Source: Lysobacterales bacterium (GTDB lineage: Bacteria; Pseudomonadota; Gammaproteobacteria; Xanthomonadales; Rhodanobacteraceae). Taken from it: a stretch of 64,000 bases of DNA. The stretch lies in the NCBI GenBank assembly GCA_038215995.1, contig JBBQQL010000001.1, positions 15,514-79,513 on the forward strand. Direction: 5' to 3'. Shown here one piece after another: positions 31,711 to 41,886 of this stretch; position 1 is the first letter of the stretch; each line of letters starts with the position of its first letter. The notes under the pieces were generated by a model. The model saw only the letters and a list, made by a program, of their open reading frames with translations, was not told the origin of the DNA and made no database searches. The position numbers and the translations under genes were made by a program.

Positions 31711-32062
31711 TTATCACTCCCCTGTTTGGCGCAGGTACCCGGAGTTCGCCAATCTCACTCTTTGATACCGTCGCGTGTGGCGCTGAACGAAGATACACCC
31801 CCGGGATCGGCTCCATTCGGGCGTAGCCGGTCCGCCGCGCCGGTGCTCGTGTACCTCATTCGTGCTCAAGGATCGCATCGGGCACAAGAGCGTCCCATGG
31901 ATGGTACGGAACAGATTCATCGGCAGTCCACATTCGGCAAGCTCAACTTGTAACCATGATCGCCGATAACCTTCTTGCCCATGGCAACATTCTTGAACCG
32001 TTACCATTCATGCTCTCCTTCTTCACAGCAGCAAGCTCGGTCGCGACCGATTCGACCATGTC

Positions 32063-32908
32063 ATGATCACGAAACTGCCGCTTCCCGCCGAGCTGCTCGA
32101 CCTGTTGCCTGATGCGATTTGCGTCGTCGATGCCGAAGGGCGCCTGCTTTTTGTCAACGCGAGTTTCGAACGCATCTTCGGTTATGCCCCCGCGGAAGTG
32201 CTGGGGCGTCCCATCTTCGAACTCGTCCATCCTGACGACCGCGCGGGCACCGTGCAGCAGGCACAACAGGTGACGGCCGGCGCAATGCAGCGTCACTTTC
32301 GCAACCGCTATATCCACAAGGACGGTCACAGCGTGGACATCCAGTGGTCGGCACGCTGGTTGCCGGATCATGCCGTGCGGATCGGAGTGGCCCATGAGGT
32401 CACTGAATTGCGCCGGGCCGAGCGCGAGATCGAACACCGCGCCAGTCACGATCCGTTGACCGGATTACCCAACCGCCACCGGCTGGAACGCGAGCTGCGA
32501 TACGCGATCGCCGAGGCGATGCAGACGGGCGACAGGCTTGCCCTGCTCTACCTGGACCTGGATGGCTTCAAGAAGGCCAACGATCGCGGCGGACACGCCG
32601 GAGGTGATCGTGTGCTGCGCGAAGTCGCGCAGCGACTGCAGCGGGGCTTGCGGCACCACGACCTCATTGCCCGCGTCGGTGGTGACGAGTTTGTCGCCCT
32701 GCTAACCGACTGCCGCGACGCCAAGGCGGCGCGTACAGTCGCCGACGGCCTACGCGCTCGCCTGACACCACCTTACACGCTGCCTGATGGCCCGTTTCAT
32801 CTGGATGCCAGCATCGGCATCGCCTGCTTCCCTGATGATGGAAGCGACATGAAATCCCTGCTCGCGCACGCCGACCGGGCGATGTATGTGGAGAAACGGC
32901 GCCGCTAG
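32063..32908 (+). CDS. PAS-GGDEF diguanylate cyclase
   Basis: PAS (FVNASFERIFGY, VHPDD); HDPLTGLPNR; RHHD I-site before ARVGGDEF. Confidence 0.92.
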   Translation: MITKLPLPAELLDLLPDAICVVDAEGRLLFVNASFERIFGYAPAEVLGRPIFELVHPDDRAGTVQQAQQVTAGAMQRHFRNRYIHKDGHSVDIQWSARWLPDHAVRIGVAHEVTELRRAEREIEHRASHDPLTGLPNRHRLERELRYAIAEAMQTGDRLALLYLDLDGFKKANDRGGHAGGDRVLREVAQRLQRGLRHHDLIARVGGDEFVALLTDCRDAKAARTVADGLRARLTPPYTLPDGPFHLDASIGIACFPDDGSDMKSLLAHADRAMYVEKRRR

Positions 32909-33091
32909 TGGCCGCTGAATGAAACGTGCTGCTGGCGCCACCTTTTGCCAGTCTCGGAGCCAAGCGCCACGCCCCTGTCCTGACAGCTTGTGGACACTTC
33001 AACCCGACCCTGATCCAGGGCGTCCGCCTGGATACCCCCCACACTCCGGGACAGCTACACGATCAGAGCAAGCCATGATCGGCTCGTGCCA

Positions 33092-34306
33092 TCAGCCGCT
33101 TCGCGTCGCCAGTGCCGGTGGAATCGCCGCGGCGCGCAACGCCGGCCACAACACCGCCGCCTGACCGAGCAGCAGTACCGCGATCGCTGCGGCCAGCACC
33201 GGCAGGAGCGGCATGCGCTGCATCTCGAAACGGCTGACCATCCACAGGTTTAGCGCCACCGCGAGGCCGGCACCAAGGGTGCAGCCCACGCTGGCAATGA
33301 TCAGGTTCTCGATCTGGAACTGCTGCACGATGGCGCGACGGGTGGCGCCGAGCGCGCGGCGAATGCCGATCTGCCGCCGGCGCTGGGTCACCCATGAACT
33401 GGTCAGGCCGACGATACCGAACGCCGTGACGGCCAGCATGATCGCGCAGACCGTCGCCAGAATGGCGGCGAAGCCGCGGGCGCCACGGTAGGCTCTGGCG
33501 CGCACTTCGGGGAAGGTGCGCACGTAACGCACCACCCGAGCGTGGTCGAGCTGGCGCAGTACGTCCGGCACTTTGTTTGCTAGCGCGTCAATCTCGCCGG
33601 GACGGCTACGGATGAGATAAGCACCGCCATGGCCGATGAAACGGTTCGGCTGCAATACGGCATCTTGGTTGTCCTCCCCGCCATCGGACACATTCGGTAC
33701 CAGCAAGTGATCGATCACGCCCACGATGGTCTGCGCCGCACGGTCGATATAGATCGTCTTGCCGAGCGCGTCGCCAGCGGGAAACAACCTGTCAGCCAGG
33801 GCGCGGGTCACGATGATCACACTCGACGGCGGCTTCGCATCGTTTTCGCGACGGTCAACGATCTCTGAAGCAGTGAACCAGCGCCCCGCCAGCGGGCGCA
33901 CACCCAGCACCTTTTGCGCATGCTCATCCACCAGATAGGTCGAGCACCAGGTGCTGGCCAGGGCCTGCGCTGCGAACAGGCGCACCGAGCAGCCCCAGCC
34001 GCCACCGCCGAGCGGGAACGAGTACGTCGCATAGGCGTCAACCACCCCGGGCATCCGCCGCAATGCCGCCAGGTCGGCCAGTTGCAGCGCCTTGCTGTCT
34101 GGCGGATCGCCGACCCAGGCGTTGCTCACCACCAACAGGTTGGCCTCGTCGCCGATACCGCTGGGTTGGTGGCTGTCTTGCACTTGCTGATGGATGAGAA
34201 ACAGTGCGTTACAGAGGATCGCCAGGGTCAGCGCCATCTGCAGTGCAACCAGGATGGCGCCGACCTTGTTGCGCCGCATCGCCGACATGATCGGACAAAT
34301 TCGCAT
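33092..34306 (-). CDS. ABC transporter permease (MacB/FtsX-like)
   Basis: MRRNKVGAILVALQMALTLAILCN; QRRRQIGIRRALGATR; PPALATRS; start re-assigned to ATG 34306. Confidence 0.88.
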   Translation of the reverse strand: MRICPIMSAMRRNKVGAILVALQMALTLAILCNALFLIHQQVQDSHQPSGIGDEANLLVVSNAWVGDPPDSKALQLADLAALRRMPGVVDAYATYSFPLGGGGWGCSVRLFAAQALASTWCSTYLVDEHAQKVLGVRPLAGRWFTASEIVDRRENDAKPPSSVIIVTRALADRLFPAGDALGKTIYIDRAAQTIVGVIDHLLVPNVSDGGEDNQDAVLQPNRFIGHGGAYLIRSRPGEIDALANKVPDVLRQLDHARVVRYVRTFPEVRARAYRGARGFAAILATVCAIMLAVTAFGIVGLTSSWVTQRRRQIGIRRALGATRRAIVQQFQIENLIIASVGCTLGAGLAVALNLWMVSRFEMQRMPLLPVLAAAIAVLLLGQAAVLWPALRAAAIPPALATRSG

Positions 34307-34314
34307 CCGCGCTC

Positions 34315-35622
34315 CTAATTCGTCTTCAGTTGCCAGGCCGGCTGCACCTGTGCCGCACGCCAGGTTGGATACAGGCCGGCAACCACCGTCGCGCCCAGGG
34401 ACAGTGCGATGGCGATCAGCACGTCGGCCACACCAAGATGTGCCAACCGTTCGATGTTGCTGCTCAGTGTCGCGCGCAAGCCGAGCAGGCCGAGCACGGT
34501 GAATCCGATCCCCAGGATGCTGCCGGCGCCGCCGATCACGACGGTCTCGACCAGGCACTGCCAAAAGATCGCGCGGCGGCTCGCGCCCAACGCGCGGCGT
34601 ACGCCGAATTCCCCCGCACGGCCCATGAATTTGGCCAGCATCAAGGCCATCGCGTTGATCAGGCAGACGATGAGAAAGCTGAAAGACACCACCACCATGA
34701 TCCACGCCTTGTTCGATACCACATGCTCGGCATCCAGCCACTCGCGCACATTGCGCAGCCGGTTGTTCGGGGCATGGTCGAAGCGCCCGCTGCGTTGCTG
34801 GTCGCGTGCGTAATGGTCGAGAAAGCTGCGGTAGTGCTGTACATCCGCCGCGGTCGGCAGCTCCACCCACAGTTGCAGCCATACGCAATCGGACTGCAGG
34901 TGTGCTTCCCAACTTGACCCGGATGACTTGTTGCAATTGATGTCCTGCCACGGCAGGTGACTGGCGATGGCCCGAGTGAGAGGCAGGAACACATCTTCCG
35001 TATCGGCGAAAGCAGCGCCACCGCTGCTCACCGCGTAGAAAAGAGGAACCGGCTCCCAGTGGGCGAGCACGCCGCTGATCCGGTACGTGTGGTTGTCCAG
35101 CACAATGTTCCGACCGACGCTGTCGGCACCACCAAACAGCCGCTGATTGAGCTTCTGCCCGATCACGACCACCTCGGCACCGCGCTGGTCGTCGTCGGCC
35201 GTCCACGGCGCGCCGTACTGAAACGGCACCTCGAACATGGCGAAGAAATCGGCATTCACCGCGCGACCATCGACGTCGAATGGCGGCTGCGCGGCATCCT
35301 GCGGTATCACCGAAAAGCCCACGCCATACATCGCGCTCTGTCGCCGTGCGATGTGCTGCCGCAGAAGTTGTTCAATGTCCAGCCAGCTCAATTGATCCGG
35401 CGGCTCGTCGCCGAAACCATGGCCGTGCCCCCAGGGATCGATCTGCGGCACGAACAACTGCGAGGACTTGCCCGGGATCGGGTCGCCCGACATCGCGCGG
35501 AACACCGTCAGCACCGTCATCGACCCGCCGATGCCCAGGCCAATCGCGGTGATCACCAGCGCGGTGAGAATCGGCGCACGGCGCAGGCTGCGGGCGGCGA
35601 GGCGGAGGTAATAGGGGAGCAT
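34315..35622 (-). CDS. ABC transporter permease (MacB/FtsX-like)
   Basis: YLRLAARSLRR..LTALVITAIGLGIG; RAGEFGVRRALGASR; YPTWRAAQVQPAWQLK. Confidence 0.88.
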   Translation of the reverse strand: MLPYYLRLAARSLRRAPILTALVITAIGLGIGGSMTVLTVFRAMSGDPIPGKSSQLFVPQIDPWGHGHGFGDEPPDQLSWLDIEQLLRQHIARRQSAMYGVGFSVIPQDAAQPPFDVDGRAVNADFFAMFEVPFQYGAPWTADDDQRGAEVVVIGQKLNQRLFGGADSVGRNIVLDNHTYRISGVLAHWEPVPLFYAVSSGGAAFADTEDVFLPLTRAIASHLPWQDINCNKSSGSSWEAHLQSDCVWLQLWVELPTAADVQHYRSFLDHYARDQQRSGRFDHAPNNRLRNVREWLDAEHVVSNKAWIMVVVSFSFLIVCLINAMALMLAKFMGRAGEFGVRRALGASRRAIFWQCLVETVVIGGAGSILGIGFTVLGLLGLRATLSSNIERLAHLGVADVLIAIALSLGATVVAGLYPTWRAAQVQPAWQLKTN

Positions 35623-35742
35623 GGCGTTATCCCGGCTTCATGCCAAGCTTGCTCCGGTCATCGAGTGTTGCACCACAAGAATTGCCCCCAACAGCCTTCC
35701 CACGAGGTGACCTTCTTTTCAAGCCACTGCCTTTTCAGACCT

Positions 35743-36612
35743 TCAGTGCGCGCCCCTTTCGTCACGTCTTCCCACTGGTACAAGCTCCGCCACAACCGGA
35801 AAATGGTCGGACGGATAGTGCACTCCATCGTTCTTGGTGATGGTCTGCACGGCGCGCGTCTTGAAGCCACGGGTGAGGATCCAGTCGATACGCTGATCGG
35901 GGTTGCCGGTGAAGTTGTGGAATGTCTTCGCCGGCCCGGCATGCGCGGTTGCCACGATCCAGGCATCGTGCAGCGCAGCGGTCAGTTTTGCGTAGACAGG
36001 GCTGTCGGGGCCGCTGTTGAAATCCCCGGCCAGAATCACCCTATCCGCCGATGGCAGCTTGCTGATCCGCTGCAGGATCTCGTCCGCGCTGAGCATTCGC
36101 GCGCGCACATCCTCCGGCCGATAAGGGAAATGGGTATTGAAGTAATCGAACGTGCCGCCGCCGTGGCGCAGGCGGAAGCGCGCCCAGGTCACCATGCGCG
36201 GATACGGCTGGCCCCAGGTCTTGCTGCCGGGCACCTCCGGCGTATCCGACAGCCAGAAATCGCCCGAGCGCAGCACCTGCAGGCGGTCCGTACGATAGAA
36301 CACGCCCATGTGCTCGCCCTTGCTGCCGCCTTCCCTGCCCCGGCCAAACCAGGCATAGCCGGGCAGATGAGCGGCGATGAACTCGCCCTGCTCCTGGGTC
36401 AGCTCCTGCGTGCCCAGCACGTCCGGGTGTTGCGCCTTGATCACCTGCACCAGCAGGTCACGCCGGTTCATCCACGCGTTGATGTTGGTGTCCACCGGTA
36501 CGCGGACATTGAACGTCATCACCCGCAGCCGCGACTGCGCGGCCGCGCTGGGCCCAGCCACACCCAGGATCAAAAGACAGAGCAGCAGCAAAAAGCATCG
36601 GCGCAGAGTCAT
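35743..36612 (-). CDS. Secreted endonuclease/exonuclease/phosphatase family protein
   Basis: Signal peptide; VMTFNVR, DVLGTQE, NTHF, LAGDFNS, RIDWIL, YPSDHFPV. Confidence 0.92.
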   Translation of the reverse strand: MTLRRCFLLLLCLLILGVAGPSAAAQSRLRVMTFNVRVPVDTNINAWMNRRDLLVQVIKAQHPDVLGTQELTQEQGEFIAAHLPGYAWFGRGREGGSKGEHMGVFYRTDRLQVLRSGDFWLSDTPEVPGSKTWGQPYPRMVTWARFRLRHGGGTFDYFNTHFPYRPEDVRARMLSADEILQRISKLPSADRVILAGDFNSGPDSPVYAKLTAALHDAWIVATAHAGPAKTFHNFTGNPDQRIDWILTRGFKTRAVQTITKNDGVHYPSDHFPVVAELVPVGRRDERGAH

Positions 36613-36717
36613 CGCGCAGCCTCTTATGGTCAATGACGGCAGGAACCCGAGCCTAGCAAAGCCGGGGCACCTTCGGAGTCGATATTTCATCGGGCTGCGT
36701 ACTACCCCGCTTTCAAG

Positions 36718-37263
36718 TCACTTGTCGACGCTCCCGCTGCCACGTTTCGATAGTCTCCAGCACCGCGTCGGACAATTTCTGCGCGGAGCGCCCGCCCACG
36801 GGCCAGCCAGCGTCCAGCAACAGTCGGCCAACGGCGTGTTGTCGCCAGCCTGGCCTTCCACCATGCGACTCCCTTCGGTGGCCCACACCAGTGACTGGTG
36901 GCGAAATTCACGATCGCGTACGTTGGTGGCAGCACCACGCGCCAGCAGACGCACGGTGTCCATCAGTCCGCCCGTCACTGCGCAGTAAAGCGCCGCATAA
37001 TGATCGGGCCGGGTCTGGCTGCGCCATGCCGCATGCCCGGCAAGCAAGGCGTCAACGGCGATATGGTCGCCGCGGCTCGCAGTGGCGATCCACCGGTCGA
37101 CCGGCTCAAGCGTGTCGCGGGCGCCAGGCAGGGCCAGCCACTCCGCCACGGCGACGTTTCCGTCTATCGCCGCCAGGGCATACGGGGAATAACCGTCAGC
37201 CCGAAGTCGCGACAGATTCGCTCCGCGCGCAGCCAGCAGTTCAAGCAGATTACCTCTGGCCAC
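36718..37263 (-). pseudogene. Ankyrin-repeat gene remnant (5'-truncated, degenerate 3' end)
   Basis: LELLAARGAN..ADGYSPYALAAIDGNVAVAEWL; MDTVRLLARGAATNVRD; no credible start and homology decays. Confidence 0.6.
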
Positions 37264-37720
37264 TCAGATCGAGGTACAGGAATTGGTTGAACTCGCTCTG
37301 GCTGTACGCCGCGAACGCCTCGCCATTCTGGAAACCCCGGCGTCGATACAGTGCCAGCGCTGGCTCAAAAGCCGGCCCGCTTCCTGTCTCGAGGCTGAGC
37401 CGCCTGGCGCCTCGCGCCCGCGCAGTGGCAATGACGGTCTCAAGCACGGCCGCGGCAGCGCCCATCCGAAGAAAATCCGGATGCGTTCGCATCGATTTCA
37501 CTTCACCGTTGCCGTCGGCAAGCCATTTCAATGCGCCGACACTGGCCAGATCGGGGCCGCGCCATGCCGTCCACACGGTCACCCCGGGCCCCTGCAAGGC
37601 GGACAGGTCAAGTGCAAAAACACTGCCCTGCGGCGAGTTCTCGTGCATGGCGGCCATATGTCGTGCCAGCAGAACGCGTACCCGATCTCCCGACAGATCA
37701 TCCTCACGAATGTCGAACAC
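37250..37720 (-). CDS. GNAT N-acetyltransferase
   Basis: HMAAMHENSPQGSVFALD; GEVKSMRTHP..GAAAAVL; RLSLETGSGPAFEPALALYRRRGF. Confidence 0.9.
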   Translation of the reverse strand: MFDIREDDLSGDRVRVLLARHMAAMHENSPQGSVFALDLSALQGPGVTVWTAWRGPDLASVGALKWLADGNGEVKSMRTHPDFLRMGAAAAVLETVIATARARGARRLSLETGSGPAFEPALALYRRRGFQNGEAFAAYSQSEFNQFLYLDLSGQR

Positions 37721-37891
37721 GTTGCCTCCGTCACGTAGCGGGCCTGACTGGCCATGATGCGAAAGGTCATCCTCCTGCCGGCAAGAGAGGGACAAACCCG
37801 CTGACTTCATCCATGCCGCTTCAACCGGCGCACGTATTCGAACGGAAGGCGACATGGCGGCGGCGTTTCACGCGATGCCTTGCCCAGTTGC

Positions 37892-38806
37892 TCATGATCC
37901 CCGATGCAGTTGCCGGTAGGCGATTTTCTGCAATGTCGCAGCCTGGCCCGGTGAGACTCCCAGATCGTCCGCAGCCTTCTCCTGCGGGCCAAGGCTGCGC
38001 GGATCCTTGCCGGTGATGCTGCCGAAGTCCATCAATGCCTGGAGGTAGTAGCCGAACGTGCTGGCGTGATAGTGGTCGTAGGCCCACAGGTCGATCTGGT
38101 TGAAGCCGATACCGTCATACGGATTGGCGTCGGCCACACCTTCCTGGATGGCGCTGTTGAAGGCACTTCCCACCGGAATGACTCCCTCGATCAGGGGATT
38201 GCCGCTGGCGACTTCCGCGTAGGCTTTTTGCAGGTCGATGCCCATGCCCTCGATTGGCTTTCCATGCCAGTGGCCACCGACCTCGTAGGTCTGGTCTGGT
38301 CTTGACCACGTCGCCATCAGCCTGATATCGACCGCCGGGTTCTTTCGCTTGAACATGGTGGCGAGCTTGCCAGCGTAGCGTTTGAACGTAGCGGGATCGC
38401 CCGGTCTGTCCGGGCTGAGCGTGCTGTACTCCTGCATGACCACATGATCCCAGGCGCGATCGATCTGCTGCCGTTTCTTGGTGTAGTGAAACTGGAGCGT
38501 CTCGCCACCGGCCGTCTCCAGGCTCACGTCGTAGTTCAAGCCTGCCTCCTCGGTGAACAGCTTGAACAGCGCAGGCACCCCTCCGACGCCGTCGCCATTG
38601 AGATCGTGGACCAGGTTCGCGTTGTAACGATGCACAGGCGACAAGGCACCGAAGGTAAAACTGTTGCCGATGAACAGAACGCTCTGCGCCGGTATCGGCA
38701 TCGTGCCGCACATGGCCGCTGTCGCCGTGATCGAAAGCGACGCAGCAAGGCAAAGTAAAACGTGGTGCTTGCCTGCGCGACCGGACTTGAAACAGAAAGA
38801 CCTCAT
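37892..38806 (-). CDS. Secreted SGNH/GDSL-like hydrolase (DUF4886-like)
   Basis: Signal-like N-terminus; LFIGNSFT, WDHVVMQEYS, DHYHAS (DxxH). Confidence 0.7.
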   Translation of the reverse strand: MRSFCFKSGRAGKHHVLLCLAASLSITATAAMCGTMPIPAQSVLFIGNSFTFGALSPVHRYNANLVHDLNGDGVGGVPALFKLFTEEAGLNYDVSLETAGGETLQFHYTKKRQQIDRAWDHVVMQEYSTLSPDRPGDPATFKRYAGKLATMFKRKNPAVDIRLMATWSRPDQTYEVGGHWHGKPIEGMGIDLQKAYAEVASGNPLIEGVIPVGSAFNSAIQEGVADANPYDGIGFNQIDLWAYDHYHASTFGYYLQALMDFGSITGKDPRSLGPQEKAADDLGVSPGQAATLQKIAYRQLHRGS

Positions 38807-39126
38807 GGATGGCGACTTCCCTTTGCTATGGATTGCTGATGCTCCCGGAAGAATCGCAGAAAGTCCGGCCGGGCTCGAGTTTTCCGATGAAACCGGTAGA
38901 CCGCTTTCGCCACCCGACTCCAGGGGCACCAAACACCCGCCACCGATTTGCTTCGCAGAGCATGACGTCCCGTCTGGCCGCCGACCACCAACGATACTGT
39001 TTTACCCGCCAGCGTTTCAGCAACCACGGCAAGGGCCATCGTCAACAAGCCCAGCAAGTGCGGGATAAAGCTGTTGGCCGGGAAGCAGCCCCCAAGTGAA
39101 CGGGACGAACCAAGCGGCCCGGCAGC

Positions 39127-39591
39127 CTATTCGAACGGGCCGAACCAGACGTGGATGATCTTGCCATGGCGTACTTCGAACATGGCCATGCCGCTCGGCG
39201 TTGATCCGCTACGGGTATTCACCGAACGCTCGCTCACGACTACCACCGGTCCATTGATCAACTTGCCGACGTATTCGGAACGGAAACCGGCCGGCATGCG
39301 CTTGAACAAGCTGCCATAGACCTCACGCAGGGCGGCCTTGCCGACGATGGGCTCGCGCTTTCTGCTCAGGTCGGTGATCACCACATCGTCGGCGTAGCAG
39401 GCGGCGAATGCATCGAGATCGTGTGCCACATACGCCTTGTGCTGTGCCATCACCACCGCATCGGCGCCCTGCGTCCCACTGCTGCACGTCGCCGCACGCG
39501 CGCCAGACGAAACAGCAAGCGCAGCAAGCGCAAGCAGCCATCCGCAACGATGATTCACAATTCCTGCCACCTCAGTTGCTGCGTTCCGCAT
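39127..39591 (-). CDS. Secreted SnoaL/NTF2-like protein
   Basis: AYVAHDLDAFAACYADDV..GKAALREVY..; MFEVRHGKIIHVWF. Confidence 0.85.
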   Translation of the reverse strand: MRNAATEVAGIVNHRCGWLLALAALAVSSGARAATCSSGTQGADAVVMAQHKAYVAHDLDAFAACYADDVVITDLSRKREPIVGKAALREVYGSLFKRMPAGFRSEYVGKLINGPVVVVSERSVNTRSGSTPSGMAMFEVRHGKIIHVWFGPFE

Positions 39592-40252
39592 GCATCCGAC
39601 GGATGCGCACCGTGCCGCCGCCCTGGTAGATCACGACGTAGGTCGAGCCTTCGTGCTTCTGCTGCGCCACCTGCACGGGGTCCGTCTGCACTGCCTTCTC
39701 CACGGCGTCCTGATGGAAGGCGGCCATATCCCCGTTGGGAACCAGCATCAGCGGAGGGCTGAGCTGCTGGAAGCTGGTGAAGTGGCCGCCACACTTGGTT
39801 GTCGTCGGGTCGAACGCAAGCCAGCCCTGGCCGCAGCTCGCGCCGGAGACTTCCGGCAGGCGCTTGAGCCAGATGAAATACTTGTTCTCGTGGGTGATCC
39901 AGACCCGGTTGTGTCGGGCGTCGTCGCCACCGACATCGGTCGAATTCCAGACACGAACCACCGATGCCAGGTGGCAGTCGGCCGAAGCACATTCCTGCAG
40001 CACCAGGTATTCGTCGTCCTGCAGATGGACCGGCTCGATGCTGAGGATGTCGTCCTTCACCAGCGCCTGTGCAGGAAACACCACCGAAGGCATGCGCGGG
40101 TCGACCCTGAAGTCACCGGAGATCAGGTAACCACCATGTTGCGATGAGTATGCCGGTGCCGTGACCCTGACCGAGGGAAGAGTCGTTTGTGCCGAGAGCG
40201 CGAGACTGGCCAAGGCCAGGCTACCTGCCCACAGGATGCGTGCTGTTTTCAT
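39572..40252 (-). CDS. Secreted hypothetical protein
   Basis: Signal peptide; TLPSVRVTAP; four Cys (QECASADC, SCG, KCG); no recognised domain. Confidence 0.65.
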   Translation of the reverse strand: MKTARILWAGSLALASLALSAQTTLPSVRVTAPAYSSQHGGYLISGDFRVDPRMPSVVFPAQALVKDDILSIEPVHLQDDEYLVLQECASADCHLASVVRVWNSTDVGGDDARHNRVWITHENKYFIWLKRLPEVSGASCGQGWLAFDPTTTKCGGHFTSFQQLSPPLMLVPNGDMAAFHQDAVEKAVQTDPVQVAQQKHEGSTYVVIYQGGGTVRIRRMHAERSN

Positions 40253-40472
40253 CGAGTCCCTGCCCTGGAACAAAACAGAAGCCGCGGCGGCACAGAGGTC
40301 GAGCGGTGCGATCATCCTAGCAAATGCTGAACTGAAATCAGCAGCTGCTGTTCAGCCACGGGAGGCGGCTACGCGCCAGGCAGTCGCCGTTGATGAATTG
40401 AACGTTCTCCTCCCCGGGGACTTCCAGCGTGAAGCAAGTTTTTGCGTGACCTTCCCCGTCCCTGGTGACAGC

Positions 40473-40904
40473 TCAGACAAGCAGCCACGCAGCATGCAGG
40501 GCCAGTACCACAAGGCTGATGCCCAGACGCATGCGCCTGTATGCGGGCGACCACAGCGGGTCGCGCTGGTCGACGACCAGCCAGATCGCGAAACCGATCG
40601 CCAGCAGTGACAGCGCGATCCAGGTGACGTGCAGCAGCAACAGCGCAGAGAAACCAATCAGGCTGGGCAAAATTGCGTCGGCATAGCGGCCCGTCGACGC
40701 ACGGCCAGCCAAGGCGCGGCCCCAGCGCGCGCCGCCGAGAAAGCTCAGAATCACCGCGCCGTAGGATACGAATACCGCCGCGGCGAATCCGGCCCATGCA
40801 GGCAGCGCCATGGCAGCGATCACGGCCAGCGCAAACGGCAGCACGCCGCTCCAGCCCAGCGGGAGCACGCCACGCGGCAGCGGCGGATTCAGGTCGTCGG
40901 TCAT
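40473..40904 (-). CDS. DUF3429-like membrane protein
   Basis: LGWSGVLPF, YGAVILSFLGGARWG, YRRMRLGIS. Confidence 0.85.
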   Translation of the reverse strand: MTDDLNPPLPRGVLPLGWSGVLPFALAVIAAMALPAWAGFAAAVFVSYGAVILSFLGGARWGRALAGRASTGRYADAILPSLIGFSALLLLHVTWIALSLLAIGFAIWLVVDQRDPLWSPAYRRMRLGISLVVLALHAAWLLV

Positions 40905-41407
40905 GCGCAGACTCCGTCACCAGCACCCTGCCGGCGATCGTCGGCATTATGACGCAAGCGGGCGCAGCGCCCGAGACAACCGTCTGTCGGGGGCAACTTT
41001 GCCGAAGCCTGATCGTGCGAACGGAAATCGCCTTCGCCACTCAGTTGCCGACAGCATCTTCGAGACGCTCCCGGACGAGCAGAAACTATCGATCTGCAAT
41101 TCCATTCCCGCCGCTACCCAGCCAGCCATCGCGCATCATGTCCCCGCCCATGCGCACCCATCTCGACCAGGTGCCGTTCGGGCCTCAGCAATCCAGGCGC
41201 GGCGACAGATCACACCCTATCAGTGTGCAAGCTGCGCCAGGGCGTGGAGCCCTTCCTGGCGCTGGTCACGACGACCCATTCGGCAACAGGCGTGATGGTC
41301 AGAGAGAGCAAGTGGCGGTGACCCGAATGGCAGGAAGGGCACCAGCGCAACTAGTGCACACTCGGCCCTGCCCTGCTAGCGGCGCGCCGTTACCCTGAAG
41401 TCTGGCC

Positions 41408-41832
41408 ATGATTCCTGCCATCACCGCCTTTGCAACTTTGCCCGACCGCGGCAGGGGACTCGCGCGCGACATGCGCGTTCGCTGGGCGCTGGAAGAAGCT
41501 GGCCAGGCTTGAGAGGTTCGCCTGCTGTCCTTCGTCGCGATGAAGGAGGCCGCCCATCGGGCACGGCATCCCCTCGGGCGGATCCCCGCCCACGAAAAAG
41601 GCGATCTCGCCCTATTCGGGTGGGGGCCATCGTGTTGCATATCTCACAGGGGCATCGAGGCCTGCTGCCCCCTGATTCGAATGCGCGGGCGCGCGCCATT
41701 ACCTGGATGTTTGCCGCGGTAAACACCGTGGAGCCACCGATCCTCGATCTCGTCATCGGCAAGCTGCTGCAGGGCTGCAAGCCCTGGTCGATGCCGACGG
41801 GCTTGATGGTACGTTCAGCGCGGGCGATCTGA
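41408..41832 (+). pseudogene. Glutathione S-transferase pseudogene
   Basis: GRGLARDMRVRWALEEAGQ then TGA (41510-41512); HPLGRIPA..GDLALF then frameshift into GAIVLHIS; ARARAITWMFAAVNTVEPPI; 3' truncated. Confidence 0.85.
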
Positions 41833-41886
41833 TGATGGTGGGCGTGCATCCAGCGGCTATCGCCTCCGCGACGCGCCCCTGCTCGC

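Noticed and set aside
40920-41400. Long intergenic stretch as hidden gene or ncRNA
   Set aside because: No stable frame, repeat or recognisable RNA motif was found by eye
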